DNA of 61,344 nucleotides, filler included, from Sphacelaria rigidula (lineage: Eukaryota): the NCBI GenBank assembly GCA_964200075.2. It is 6 parts of 6 records of this genome, joined end to end, with 100 filler letters (N's around TTAATTAATTAA, not from the genome) between each part and the next. Parts side by side here need not be neighbours in the genome. Positions count along the whole stretch, not along the records: positions 1 to 10,142 come from CAXNAA020007043.1; positions 10,243 to 20,383 come from CAXNAA020007044.1; 4 more parts are not named here. The stretch is one strand, 5' to 3'. The notes beneath the pieces were generated by a model. It made no database searches, was not told where the DNA came from, and was given only the letters and a program-made list of their open reading frames with translations. How positions within the stretch are numbered: position 1 is the stretch's first letter; every line of letters begins with the position of its first letter. The position numbers were made by a program, and so were the translations under genes. Shown piece after piece: positions 1-12,523 of the stretch.

Positions 1-185
1 AACCCTGACTCTTCGCTCTTGTTTCGCCTTCCTGTGTTGGGGGGGGGGGGTGTTGGGGGGGGGGGGGGGGGGGGGGGGGCTATCGTAGAAAGTGTCTTGG
101 TTCAATTTTTTAGATGAAACTCGACGCGGCGCGAGAGTGCTGATGGTCATGATCCAATCGGCGATACCACAGTGTGAGCCGTTGC

Positions 186-267
186 GCCCCGGTGGTGTCA
201 TGGTCCGACTGTCACCACAAGGGTGAAAGACAAACGAGGGTTCGAATCCTGATCCCCCTTTTTTTTT
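186..267 (+). mobile_element. tRNA-derived SINE head (degenerate)
   Basis: GCCCCGGTGG start, A-box-like TGGTGTCATGG (193-203), B-box GGTTCGAATCC (239-249), then a T-run; same first 10 nt as the SINE head at 30467; no full cloverleaf. Confidence 0.5.
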
Positions 268-1757
268 CTTGCGAAGTATCTGATTTCCACCGTCGAAACC
301 GTGAGTATGTAAGTCAACAAAAATGATTTTGATTGTATTTGTTTGACCAGAGATGACGCGGTGCGGGAGTGCTGACTCGATCCGCGAGACCAAAATGCAA
401 TAAGGCATGTACCGGGGAGATATGGGCTGATTGATGCCTTGAGACCACAGACTTGTCCCGAGGAAGGGGAGGGGTTCAAAGTGCAACAGAAAAAAAAAAA
501 ATAGGGCGTGTACCCGGAGAGAGATGGGTTGGTCCGTTGAGACCCTGGACTGGTCCCAAGGAACGGGAGGAGACGGAAAGTGAGCGGAAAAAATGTATTT
601 CTAAGTGCTTGTTTGTGCAATGACGTAACAACGACCACGCACAAAGCTATTCGTGGTCTTGGATTTTAAAAAATATACCACCGGCTACAATTTCCAGGAC
701 CACACGCATCCACCCCTCTTCCTGACCAGGCACCGAAATGTAGTGACTTTTTTCATTGGGTTTCGAAATCCGGTTTATATGATGCGAGCGCACAGGAGTA
801 CACAGTCCTCGGGGATTTATACCCAACGACTGTCATCGAAATGAGGAGTGCGCAAGTCCATGAAGACGGGTTCGAGATATCGGGCTAATGTGCGGAAAAA
901 GACAAAGATACAGTCGTACGTCGTCGCACACCGCGTTTTGGATTGATTTGGAACGCGTTCCTGCCCACCCCCACCCGCGATATCCCCGCAAGCCAAACAC
1001 ATCGTGCCCACAGAAGATTTGGCATGTTGGAGAAGGAGGGACCATACCGAAAAAAGTAGTTGGCCAGTCAAAAATGGGGGTGGCCGCACAGTAGATGTAG
1101 GAAAACTCAGGTCCTATATTCCTGCAATGATTGAAAGGATAGTCACGTGATATTTTCACTTTTTGTCGTCCGGTTCGACGACGGCCATGTGGGAGCTTGC
1201 CCTTGACGTTGAAACAGTGCCTTACCCCTCTCTTGTATGATACAATTCACGGAATATAGCGGTATTCTTCTCTGTGTATAGTATTCGCCTCTTGTACCCC
1301 GATTGCACGCTCACGGACTAGTATTTTGAGCGTTGCGTTGCTTGGGGTTCGAATCCAGCCCCGTTTTGGAGGCAAGTCAAGTCAAACGGTACACGGCGTA
1401 TTTTTCTTATAGTCATACTGCAGGACGGATCATGATGCGTAGGATTCGTCCGGTACGAGTCACGGGTCGGGAAAAATATATCAAAATCATGCTGCATGAT
1501 TTTTTCTGGATCCTATCATATTTTTTTGCTTTCTTTTTTTCATCTTATTTCGGGTAGTAGGCCTGTGACCACGGAAACCGTCCGCATCAGATACTCAGTA
1601 CGGAAAAAGAAGTACAGTACGGCGCATATATCAGAACGGTTTACGAGTATGATGTGAAGGCGACAGCAACAACAACAAAACCGATGCTGCACGAATCTGA
1701 AGCGGAAATGATGAATAGTTCACGTTCCTCGAACGAATTACAATTGAGGCCGCTCCT

Positions 1758-2211
1758 CATAGACTGAAAAAAATATCTCGGAGAACTGCCTTCTTGAACC
1801 TTGACGGATTATTGCCGGCATACGGGCCTTGGCGGATTTAGCCTTCTCGGAAAGATTGGCGATGTTTTTCACGAGGATTCTAGCGCACTTTTCCGATTGT
1901 TTGTAGGCCCAGTTCTACTTTTGACCGGATCCTGACATTTTTTCAGTCGGCCCCCAAATCGTCCAGTTGTCGGGACAAGGGCGTACTATTTCCCGACGAC
2001 TCCTAGTTTTTTGGGGCGACTGAAAACATCTAGAATGCGGCCATAAGTAAAACTGGGCGTGCGAAAGATCGGACAAGCGCGCTGGAATCCTCGTGAAAAA
2101 TATAGCAATATTTTCGGGGAGGCCCAATCCGCCAAGGCCCGTATTCCGCCAATAATCCGTGATGAACGGTTCAAAAGGGCAGTTCTCAGAGATTTTTTTT
2201 TTCAGTCTGTG
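1758..2211. mobile_element. Fold-back MITE with ~160-bp imperfect TIRs starting CA(T/C)AGACTGAAAAA
   Basis: 1758-1920 is the reverse complement of ~2045-2211; no clear TSD. Confidence 0.8.
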
Positions 2212-4883
2212 CAAGAAACGGCCTGAGAACAAATGCGAGGAAAGTCCTTCCAGTACGAATCGAGGGCGGGGGTAATTGTACGTCCAGGACGTGACGTATG
2301 AAGCACGGGTTCGAAGCACGTACGAGTCAATGTTCCTCTTTGAATCACATGAATGATGCGTTCGAAAATTGAACTTGAAGGGATGATGATTTGACTCATG
2401 TCCTGTGCGTGATTTCTTGCCCCCACCGATTTTTCATCCAGTTCCAAACTATACTGAAATGGCAGGTCAAGCACAGTAGTAGTACTACTACTACAGTGAC
2501 GAAAGTCGTGCGTTTGTCGATGGGGGCAGTTTGCTGTATCTGCGCTACAGACAGTAACTAATGCCGACAGGGCGTTTGTTGCACGAACAGACATCACCAA
2601 GTTTGTGGTCGGGGTTGGTACTATATTTAGGGCTCACTCAGGCAGAGCTACTCTGGAAGGGGTTGTCGTTGAATTTCTACCGCAATACTTGTACAAAAGC
2701 AACTTGTCGTGAGATATCCATGGTCGTGTGCTTGGTACTGGGTTTTAGGGTAGCGTTCAAAAGAAACATGCCGTATTCATTACTCTATGGGAGTCAGCAT
2801 TATAAGTAGGGTACAGTAGTTGGGTAAAATATACAGCACAATTTTTGAAAATCACGCCATTTTTTTTTTAACTTGTGAGAGCACTCGTATATAGCCCAGT
2901 GCTGTGTGCCACACTACAGTCAGCGACATAGACTGTCAGTGGCAGCTAGGATGCTATGATGCATGGACTGTCCGCATTGTGCTGTGCATACGTACTTTCT
3001 GTATAACATACAGCTATCACGTTGTTGGCCGTTGGTGAGGCGCGTGCTGCAAAACATAACACAGCCGTTGTCGCCGTTCAGCAGTGCACTACAGGACACA
3101 AGACAAATCGAACGCATAACCGATGCCATAGACATCTGCATAGGTGTCCCCCCGCCCGCCCCCCCTGGGGAACAATAGAAGACGAAGACAACTTCTATAA
3201 AATGTTGGTACTGCCAGTAGTCCCGACAGCGCCGACAGTCAGCAAGTTACCCTACCGACAGTATGCAGTAGAACTGTCTGTACAGTAAGTACAACAGGGC
3301 AGCAGAACAGAGCAGGAGAGAGGATCAGCGCGGGCAAAACATTCAAACCTTCGTATGCGCGTATGCGCCGCAGCCAGATCTCGCCGGCATCAAACCGCCG
3401 GACCGAAAAAAACACTCGTATGACAATATACCGACGAGTACAGGTGGGGCCATGGAACTAAACTGGATGACTGCAGCAGCTTTAGCAACAGCAGCACAAG
3501 GTGAAATCGTAAAAGTAATGCACTGGGCCCTCACTAGCACCTGTACACATACGCTGTGTGACGCCAACTGAGCAGCTGGGTTAGCAGCAATTGGAGTGCG
3601 CGATAGTAACCGTTACATTGCAATTGTGAAGTACAGTCAGTACATTAGTAGTTGGTCAGCCGTTGTGCATACCTAGCATTGAGAGGGCGACATCGCACGG
3701 CAACCCGCACATGAGCAGCATCTCCCGATTTTTCGGCCATGTCAGAAGAGCTATATTGATTCCCACGCCGGCCTGCCTGCTGCGTTCGAAAGCTCTACGT
3801 GCTCGAAAGATAAACCAACCTTCCTTTCCTTGGGGCATAAATTGCTGACCAACTGCCACTTTTTTCTGCTTGAGTTGCAGCGTTGAATCATGTACCAAAG
3901 GACCAAACATATTTTGTCATGTTTTAAAACTTATTTGTAACCGTCGTTGTTTCAAACAAGATTTTAAGATCGCATCCTTCTCCGTCCTGTCCTGTCTAAG
4001 GGGTTACCGGCCCTGTGCGATGCGTATGTGTGGTAGGTGCGCGCACTTTGCGGCGGTAACGGTAATATAGTCAAATGAATTTCAAGTCATTCTCCGTGGC
4101 GACGGTAACAAAGCACAAACGAGTTGAAGTCATTCTCCGACTCGTCTCCGCTCACAATACCGGCAAGACCTTCTCTACGATTGTTCCGGTGACAAGACCT
4201 ACGAAAGAAGCTGAACAAGCGTTGGATCGTAAGCCGGCGTGTCCACTGTGGGGTCGAGTTCTGGAATACAGCCAGATCACTGCTGAACTAAATACTCAAG
4301 CTGGCAGTCTAATGGCTCACGGTGATGAGGTATGCTGAGGGCGATCCAACAACACAAACAAGTTTGCTGCGGGATTATAGAAAACATGATTTTACAGACA
4401 GGAGTTCCCCAGGATTTTGTGCGATTCTTTCTTCTTTGTTCTTTCTCGAGGTTCAAGTTTCGACATGTCTCTTGCGATGTACAACAGCGAATTAATTGGT
4501 GCCTCGATGCATTGACCCCCAAAGCGCCCAGGTTCGCCTATCCGTTCCACCGGCATCAATGTCACCTGCTAAAAATAGCTAATGATAGCAGATATGGTTC
4601 TCTTTCAGAATATATATATATATATATATCAGGACAAGCATCGATGCCCAAATGTTCGACGTCAGTAGACCCACCGCCACATGCATCAGTTAAGTGAACA
4701 GGTCCTCCCGCCGCGTGTTTGCATGCAATGCGGCAAACCATGACATGAACACAGTGTAATTTGTGGTTTCCAGACGCTGAATCGCGTATTGTAGCAGCAT
4801 CATGACGGATATGGTGAATCGTCTGTTTTTAAATGTATACTATACATACTTCCAGCGGATGACCTGCTGACAGTACAAACAGG

Positions 4884-5444
4884 GAATCTCGCCATCACAA
4901 CATGTATTGGACACTATGCATCACCTCAACAAGAGAAGTCTAGCACATCTTCCGATTCGCTTGGCTCCAAGGTTCGAGAATGACCTCTGAACAAAAGTCC
5001 AGCTTGACATGAAAAAAGTGAGCACGATGTGAAAAGTTCGACGAATCACTATAGACAACATACCGTATTTTTATCTTTCATCTCCAGCTGGATTTTGTAC
5101 AGAGGCCGTTCTTGAAACCTCGGAGTCAAGCGAGTCGGAACAACGGACAAGACTCCTCGCGGTGGGGTGATGCGAAGTGTCGAGTGATGCCGCGATAGCC
5201 CCCTTGCACACTAGCCATAAAATTGGCACGAAGAAAAAGGCCGTGCAGGACATGATCGCTAGTTTCAGACTGCGTGAAGCAATATTGGCGAAACAGATCC
5301 CAAGAGTGGGAGCTCCCGGCTGCTCGGTGTGCTCGGCTTTCGTCATTTTTGATTCGCATGTAGATTTTGCCTACTCAAGGCATCCACTTTTCTGGAGGGG
5401 CTACCGCGGTATCACTCTGTCCAATACATGTGAAGGTGATATTC
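4884..5444. mobile_element. Degenerate palindromic MITE related to the 14917-15374 family; hosts a nested MITE
   Basis: Shares GATTCGCTTGGCTCC.AGGTT and GTGATGC.AAGTGTC arm motifs with 14917-15374; left arm mirrors right arm once 5182-5421 is removed; ends uncertain. Confidence 0.6.
5182..5417. mobile_element. MITE with GAGTGATGC TIR and 4-bp TSD TGTC (Sola2-like)
   Basis: TIR GAGTGATGCCGCGATAGCCCC / GGGGCTACCGCGGTATCACTC; TGTC at 5178-5181 and 5418-5421; the host's opposite arm shows a single TGTC. Confidence 0.8.
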
Positions 5445-5677
5445 GAGAGTCTTCCTACGATAGAGCCCCCCCCCCAAAAAAAGCAGGCCAAAACTGTCAC
5501 GAAGAAAATGGTCACACCGCGCCTGGTGTTTGGTATCAGGCTGCCTGACGCGCCTGACATGGGCGACATTGGCGAAAACGAACCCAAGCGTGGGAATTCT
5601 CAGCTGCTCGCTGTAGATTTTGCCTCCCCAAACCAGCTAATTTTTGGGGGTGGGCTACCGTAGAAAGTGGCATTCTC
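5445..5677. mobile_element. MITE, GAG...CTC ends, internally related to 5182-5417
   Basis: TIR GAGAGTC..CTACGATAG / CTACCGTAG..CATTCTC; shares TTGGCGAAA..CCCAAG.GTGGGA..GCTGCTCG..GTAGATTTTGCCT core. Confidence 0.65.
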
Positions 5678-5843
5678 TGTCGGGGGGCACCAAACACTGG
5701 ATGAAATGTCCCAAAGCTAAAAAAAGTGGCAAAAACAAGAACACTCATTGGGTAAGGAACGGTCTTAGTATTTCTTTTTCACCTTCAATTTGAGGGCACG
5801 TTCGTATTCGAATGTCGGAATTGGTCATAAAGCAATGCTCACA

Positions 5844-5956
5844 CACGGGTGGCCACTGGGGGTGCCTGCAACCTCAAATTTGGACGTTACAGACGTTGCA
5901 CAAGCAAGGTCGGTGATGTCCAAATTTGGGTTACAGGTATCCCAGTGGCCACCCGT
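5844..5956. mobile_element. 113-bp hairpin MITE, Tc1/mariner-like
   Basis: Perfect TIR CACGGGTGGCCACTGGG, near-complete palindrome; flanks CA/TA. Confidence 0.75.
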
Positions 5957-6108
5957 GTATGGTTTAATCTCGTGTTACGGAGCGTACGCACATATGTATA
6001 GGTTGGATCTACGCTTTATTTGAGCTAGCTCTGGGACATGCCGAGAGTCCTTGTTCTTGACAAAGTCTCGACGAGAAAACCCGCCAGCTACACCATGTTT
6101 TCTATTGA

Positions 6109-6131
6109 AGGGTTAGGGTTAGGGTTAGGGT
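6109..6131 (+). repeat. Interstitial telomeric repeat (TTAGGG)n
   Basis: GGGTTAGGGTTAGGGTTAGGGTA, bracketed by direct repeat TGTTTTCTATTGAA. Confidence 0.85.
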
Positions 6132-6951
6132 AAAGGCGCCTTGCCTTGCGCTTTCACCTTGTTTTCTATTGAAAAAATTCGATGGCTGAAGATTATTTTC
6201 ATTCCCACAAAAACTGCTGCATGCCATCAGACGCACGCGGCCAGTGCACGTGTTACGATTTCCCGGATACCCCTGAGTTCGACAGCCAGTGTTGACTGTG
6301 TAGCCCAGTGGGAGCTATGACATCTTAGCAACAAGCATCTCGGCGTTGCAAAAGGTGCTGTTGGTACCAATGAATTGCATAACTCCTGCGAGGAAAGTGT
6401 ACCGATCGCTAGGCTGAAGAGGAAGAAGCAGGAACACGCTTTCCTCAGGGCTATGTCAAGAACAGTACACGACCACCACGTTTTTTTTAAGCTGAAGATG
6501 TGTCGAGAGGTTGGTCACGATGCTTGGCAGTGCTCTGCATCGCTCACCGACCTGTGGCTTCGTCGTTTCAGAAGAACACCCGATGTCTCAATCGCCGTAG
6601 CGAGAGCGCTCAACATACCGCTTGGATGAAAAGTGTGGTCGAACTTTGGTACAACGGAGAAGCGAAATGACGATGCTAAGAATAGAAAATGGGTCGATCG
6701 TAACGGATTAATATCGGCATTGAACTTGACACGCTGGCTACCCACGGAAACAAAAAATGACCCTGCCAGCACTATTCTGGAGAACAAACTTGTGTCAGTC
6801 CAGCACAGCGCGGTCAGACACGAAAACTTGATCCTAATACTGTTCCTGGAATATAAACGCACGAAGCCAACATCTCCGTGTAAGCTTATTATGTCTTCAT
6901 ATTCTGGGAAGGGGATGCCTTCCGTTTCATGAATATTTAGATCAAAGGAGA

Positions 6952-7360
6952 GGGTGTACTCATGATGTTGCATGCCATAGTCACATGACCATTGACCTCG
7001 CATACCTACAAAGCCGGGACGGAGCACGCCGAGTTTGGCCGGACCAGGCTCGCAATCAATTACCAAGCGCGTAGCGCCGTGATATGTTCAGCGAGTCGCA
7101 TGAAGGGTGAGCTGCATCCTGCTGAGATTATTCGGCCCGAAGCGTACTGATCATCTTGCATTTGGATGGCATCCTCGAATGAGTTGCTTCATTTTCTGGT
7201 ACTGCCACTTTCAGAGACAGCCACAGGTTCTGCACTGCCTCATGGGTGTCTCACCAATTAAATATTACGTGGTATGATCATCCTCTTTGCGCGGAATTGA
7301 GGTTTTCCCGCCCCGCACAATATGATCTAGCTCGACCATCATCATGCTTAACACAAAACA
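6952..7360 (+). mobile_element. ~400-bp SINE-like element, long form (copy A)
   Basis: Aligns end to end with 17841-18240; 5' GGGTGTACTC, A-rich 3' end; further internal fragment at ~7455-7497. Confidence 0.8.
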
Positions 7361-8024
7361 ATCGGTAATCTGGCTGCCTAGCTGACGCAATGAGTGGCGT
7401 GTTGTAGTGCGTCATTGCCAACCGATGCCAACCCTATAGGAGATCCATCCCTCCAAAGCCGGGACGGAGCACGCCGGGTCTTCGCCAGTCCAGGCTGAAA
7501 GGAAAAGGGGTGAAAATTTGCACGTCGCATAAAATTGACTGTTGCGTAAAGTGTATCCGCCTGGGGATTATCAGCTACTTTTCACGTATCACCGAAGCCA
7601 AACATCACCGTCGATCCTGCAATGACCTTTGATCGATATTCTACCTTTTATTTCGGTTGCGTGCTGTGTACTATGACTATCGAAGTACCCCTTTTTGGCC
7701 ACCCTCGGTATCGTGCGGTGTACTATGGCTCATAGGAAGCACATATCTTGCGGTCAGGTGTCTCGAGCGTATCTCAATAGACACAGTTACCTCTATTTGC
7801 ACTCTCTCTTGTGGATATACTGTTTCGGGAAGTACAATCGCTCATCTTGTAGCGCTCGAACACGTCGATTACAGACTATCGAAAAGAGACATTCTTAGGG
7901 ACATGCTAGACGGTTCTACTATTGATGTATTCTGGTTTACACAACCTTCACAATGATAAAATGTTCATCCTAACGTCATATTTCTTGCGGTGTGCCGTCC
8001 TCAACTTTTCCCCCCTCCTTCCAG

Positions 8025-8096
8025 CAGCGTATCATTCGAGAGCTAGAAGATGTCCTGAACGAAAGGGAGCGAATAGTTATGGCGTTGCAGCGAGAG
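8025..8096 (+). CDS. Internal exon of unknown gene, coiled-coil peptide QRIIRELEDVLNERERIVMALQRE
   Basis: Polypyrimidine tract + CAG acceptor, GTAAGA donor, 72 nt open phase 0, heptad-like composition. Confidence 0.6.
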
Positions 8097-8982
8097 GTAA
8101 GACTCGTACAGCGCACTCCGGAGTGCATACACACAAAAGGGTACTCTCAAGAAAGGGGACCAACTGTCTGTTGGGGACGAGAAATAAGTGAGGTATCTTG
8201 CAAACCACATGACTGATTCGACCCGCCCATGGCCTAAACAAACCGTCCTTTTACGATAGGATTATGCAGCATCGTTGTTTGATGGTGTCCTACCCGACCA
8301 TCAAAGGCTACGGAATGCTCGTTCGGCGATTTCAATACGACAGCGCTGTTGCGCTGATTCGATATTCTCTCCAGAGAAACAGTCGGAGAAACGTTGCCTG
8401 ACAGTCTCGCAAATCAATGAGTCGGGCCAGCAAAAGCATCGTCGTCGAGATGTGCGCAAAAAGCTTTCGTCTGAACTACCTCACGAGGACTAACCCGTGG
8501 ACTGCGATGTGTTTGGTTCGCTAGCGCGAATCAGGGCCTCCTCGTTAATCGTCTGCATTGGTTCTGGGCGTCATTCATTTATTTCTTCTCACACTTCATT
8601 TCCCCCCTCCCCCTCGCCACCCTCCCTCCCTATTTCTGTGTGGGTTTTACTCCCATTCTTCTTTCTATTGCATTATTTTTCTCTGTTCACCCTCTTTGAG
8701 CCGTAAAAGTGTTGAACCCCTCCTGCTGCAGTGCTGGCGGGTGAAAAATCCTGCCAAAAGATGATGGCTGTGTTGCAACCTGCTTCCACAGCATTGCATT
8801 TTTGAACGACCTCCTTACCCGAAGCTCTTGCGAGGGGGGGGGGGGCTTTTGGGGCCCTGCTCAAGCTCGGTATCAGGCCTGAGCCGGGTGATGTTTCTTG
8901 ATTATTTGTTTCCCCCTTTTCTCTGGTTTGCCGGAGCCGTTGTTTTCCAATGCTCATCGGGTACATCTATTGTGCGACCATG

Positions 8983-9497
8983 GAGCAATGCTACGGTAGG
9001 GGTGCACGTTTTGCGCGAAATCTTGTCTGGTTCAGGGGCTCCTAACGATTCTAAATGAAAGGAGAACATGGGTCAGGGCATCCCCGCTTGCAAATTCAGT
9101 CGGGATGTCCCCAGCACATTGGAATGGTCATCCTGGCGTACTCTCACATATTTTCATAACTCGTGTTTTGGATGAAATCAAGGGCTCCTAACAAGTCTAA
9201 CCTCAGAAAATATTTGTGCACCCCTACCGTAGCATGGTGAGACACGCATAAGGCAGTGTATAAGCCGGGGTTGTCTCTGGAAGTGGCGATACAAGATAAT
9301 AAAGCAACTCATTGGGAGCTGTCATCCAAATGCAAGATATTCAGTAGGCTTTGGGTCGAACATCTTAGCAGGGTGCAGGTCACCCTTCATGCGACTCNNN
9401 NNNNNNNGCTCCGTCCCAGCTTTGTAGGGATGCGAGGTCAATGGTCTGATGACTATGGCATGCATGGCCATGAGTACACCCCACTGTAGCATCACTC
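8983..9497. mobile_element. MITE of GAGTGATGC family, TSD CATG, with SINE inserted in right TIR
   Basis: Left GAGCAATGCTACGGTAGGGGTGCAC; right GTGCACCCCTACCGTAGCAT[SINE]..GCATCACTC; CATG at 8979-8982 and 9498-9501. Confidence 0.8.
9236..9482 (-). mobile_element. SINE-like element, short form (copy B)
   Basis: Reverse complement matches copy A; flanked by AC(C/T)GTAGCAT direct repeat (9226-9235, 9483-9492); contains a 10-N gap. Confidence 0.8.
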
Positions 9498-10142
9498 CAT
9501 GGCTGGCTTCGCAGCGAGTCAGTTCATGTTCGACATGCACTCAATCGATCAACTTATTATCCCTAATGAATATATGAATCCTTGCTTATTGTCGCACATG
9601 GTCCCCGAGGACCCTATGGTTATTGGTCGTGAGGCTCTCTACAAACGCCACTAGAACGACATGGCTGTCAAATTCACGTACGTCTGACAAATTGTTGTAT
9701 CGTGGGCGCTGCACTGACTTTGCTCCGGCAGAGACCGTACAACGTCCTCGCAGTAGAGAAGTAAATACTTTTTATTTCGCGTCACTAAGGCTGACGTCCA
9801 CCTGCTGTCGCAGAGAAAAGTATGGAATAACCGACCACCAGCTGTGAAAAGGAAGCCATTGCCACGCGCCTGACAGGGGGGAATGCTCATCCTCCATTGA
9901 TTCAGCGGTGCACATGCGTTTTTTCCGGGCGCGCGCGGGGGAGGGTGTTCGTGCACGGCCTCCTTACCTGACGCTATGAGACAGGGGCCAGCCATTCCTT
10001 GCTTCTTGATGATTTGACTTTTCCCCTTGTCGGGACTGGTATCAGATCTTTCTCGGCGTTTTTTTTGTCTGTTTGTTTCCTTTCCTGCCCCCCCCCCACC
10101 CCCTCACCTCTAGACTCTTGGGTTGGCGTCGAGTGGCAACGG

Positions 10143-10242
10143 NNNNNNNNNNNNNNNNNNNNNNNNNNNNNNNNNNNNNNNNNNNNTTAATTAATTAANN
10201 NNNNNNNNNNNNNNNNNNNNNNNNNNNNNNNNNNNNNNNNNN
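10143..10242. other. Artificial contig spacer N44-TTAATTAATTAA-N44 (also 20384-20483, 30625-30724, 40865-40964, 51105-51204)
   Basis: Identical 100-bp spacer five times; intervening contig lengths 10142, 10141, 10141, 10140, 10140, 10140. Confidence 0.98.
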
Positions 10243-10308
10243 CCAGCTTTGTAGGGGTGCGAGGTCAATGGTCTTATGACTATGGCATGTATGATCATGA
10301 GTACACCT
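10243..10308 (-). mobile_element. SINE-like element 5' end (copy C), cut by contig edge
   Basis: Matches the first ~65 nt of copy A. Confidence 0.75.
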
Positions 10309-11410
10309 TGCGGGAGCGCTGCCGAAGGCGGGAAACGTTGCGGAACTGTATTTGGCTCGTTGACCTTCAAACATCGTGGATGGTTGTACGAGGTGTGAAC
10401 CCTCACATTGATAAGATGAGACGAGGCTTCGATGGCATCGAAATCTCATTCGAAGCGGTGAGCGGTTAGAATATATTTCATCTGTAGCAAGCAGAAGCAG
10501 ATACTCTCCACGAGGAGCGGAAAATGGGAACAGGAAAGCCAAGGCTGGGAAAACGTGGGGACAAATACAAGCTCAAAATTCTTCACGCCCAGACCGACAA
10601 ACACGCATGTAGTTACCCCTTTTGACAACGATCGTCGCCTCGACACAGTTTCACAGGCTGATTGTCCGGAGATATATAGGGATAGGGGATTCCAATGGCT
10701 GGGGAGGTGGTTTTTGAGGGGAGGGGTGTCTGTCCGCAGATGAGCCAAAAAGCTCTCCAAGTCAACCATGTGTATTTGGAGGTTTCCCGCGGAAAATTAT
10801 GAGCAGTGCACAAGGCCTGAGAGGCGCGGGATGCCCATTCTGACCAATCACGGCCGCCAAAATAATCACGTTCTTCGGTTCGGGTGGACTACATTGAAAT
10901 AATTCGCTGTCTACCCCCACAACTCGTTTTGGTAATGGGAAATCAAACATAAATTACATGGGTACAAATAACTTGTCCTCTATTCTGCTCGTGGTCTACG
11001 CCGCCTGCCTGACCCCTCACGTGCTGCCAGCATAGCTTCACACTGTCTGTAGTGTTGTTGTTGAGCACTAGGCAGAGACATCAGCAGCATGCAGTAAATT
11101 GTGTTCAATGGAGAGCGATGGCGCACTTACTCTGTCTCTTGCCGTTGTATCCAGCGAAGACATATAGTACACATACATACCGATTCTGCACGCAATTGAC
11201 TGCAGGGTCAAAACTGGTCAGGGGTTTTCCGGTACTATTTCCTATATAGATGCCAAATATCCACATGTTCATGGAAAGTGCGTTTGGTATAGCGTGAAAA
11301 GAGCAGTTGTGAACCCCAAATGGGACATAGTCAAAATCAGTCCATCTGCGGGGGGTCGCTGTCAGAGGGTTAAATAGCAAGGGTCTACACCGTACACTCC
11401 TCAAATTCAA

Positions 11411-11573
11411 GTTTCACGTAAAAAGTCGTCAAAAGTTGAGCCAGGCTAGTACTACGGTGGGGGACGGGGACCATGTGGGGAGCCATGATTTGACTTGACT
11501 TTTGAACAGAGCTCCCCACGCGGTCCCCATCCCCCACCGTAGTACGAGCCTAGCTGGACTTTTGATATGAAAC
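11411..11573. mobile_element. Fold-back element with 5S rRNA-derived arms
   Basis: Arms AGGCTAGTACTACGGTGGGGGACGGGGACCATGTGGGGAGC / GCTCCCCACGCGGTCCCCATCCCCCACCGTAGTACGAGCCT; resemble the 3' half of 5S rRNA. Confidence 0.7.
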
Positions 11574-12523
11574 GTGACACAACGTGACATGTAACCAGTG
11601 TAACGTGTAGACCCTTGTTGAATAGCAAGGCATGGTGTATTTTGTATTTTGTGGTCGGGGGTTACCGTTTGTTATTCGTTTCCGGATATCGTGCAATGAA
11701 ACGACAAATCTTGCCATGTATCTTCCATGTATCACTTCGAGTTATTGTGAGCGTGTGCTGAATCATATTCGGAACGCTTTTCATCATACAATGCAAAAGT
11801 GACGATCGGGGTTTGGCGTTCCGCAGTTGCGCACGAAGCGACCCATCGTATACAAGTCACGATTCCTCTTTCTGTCTCCATTCTCCTCTTTTGCCTGACC
11901 AGCCGTCGACCCACACGGTATGGTCGACATATGAAAAACTGCAGGACCACGAGGTACGAGCGAAGCAGACGGGACGAAAACAAGTAGAAAACGCCCAAAG
12001 AAGTTGGACAAATCTATTATATTTGTTATAAACTCACTATACTTAAATTAGTATAAAATAGTCGTTGACGGAAAACCTAAAAAAAAGTGGACACTAGCGC
12101 CCTCGTCACCAACTGGTTCAGTGCACAGTCCTAGTCTTCAATCGATTGATTGCCCGACCTGGTTGAGAAACCTGTTCTAATATTTTCGGAGAAGAAGATT
12201 TCCCTCTGGATATTTCAGAGATTTCGGAGATTTCGGGGGGAGGGGGGACAGACCAGCTATCAAGACGACTACTGCATTATATTACAAAAAATAAAGATGC
12301 GCGGCCTCCGAGTTCCCTCTCGTGCATGATCCATGAACAACCGTTAGGGGGGGAAAGCGCGGGCAATCCGGGTCCTGTTTGGTGCATGAACATAATTCTT
12401 CTAAAAAAAAAACGTTCGTGAACGCGCGTCATGTGTGAAATACTTCACCCCGTCCTCAAAGTCACTACGAGTATCTCGGTTCCTGTTCGTCTTTTTTCGC
12501 CTTGACTTTGTTCGTAGTTGATA

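Noticed and set aside
198-6950. Short ORFs (60-180 aa) in the ORF track, here and elsewhere
   Set aside because: No recognisable domains; most overlap MITEs, SINEs or antisense strands of real exons
6952-7130. HDV-like ribozyme or 5S head at the SINE 5' end
   Set aside because: Could not build conserved P1/P3/L3; 5S similarity limited to a few short words
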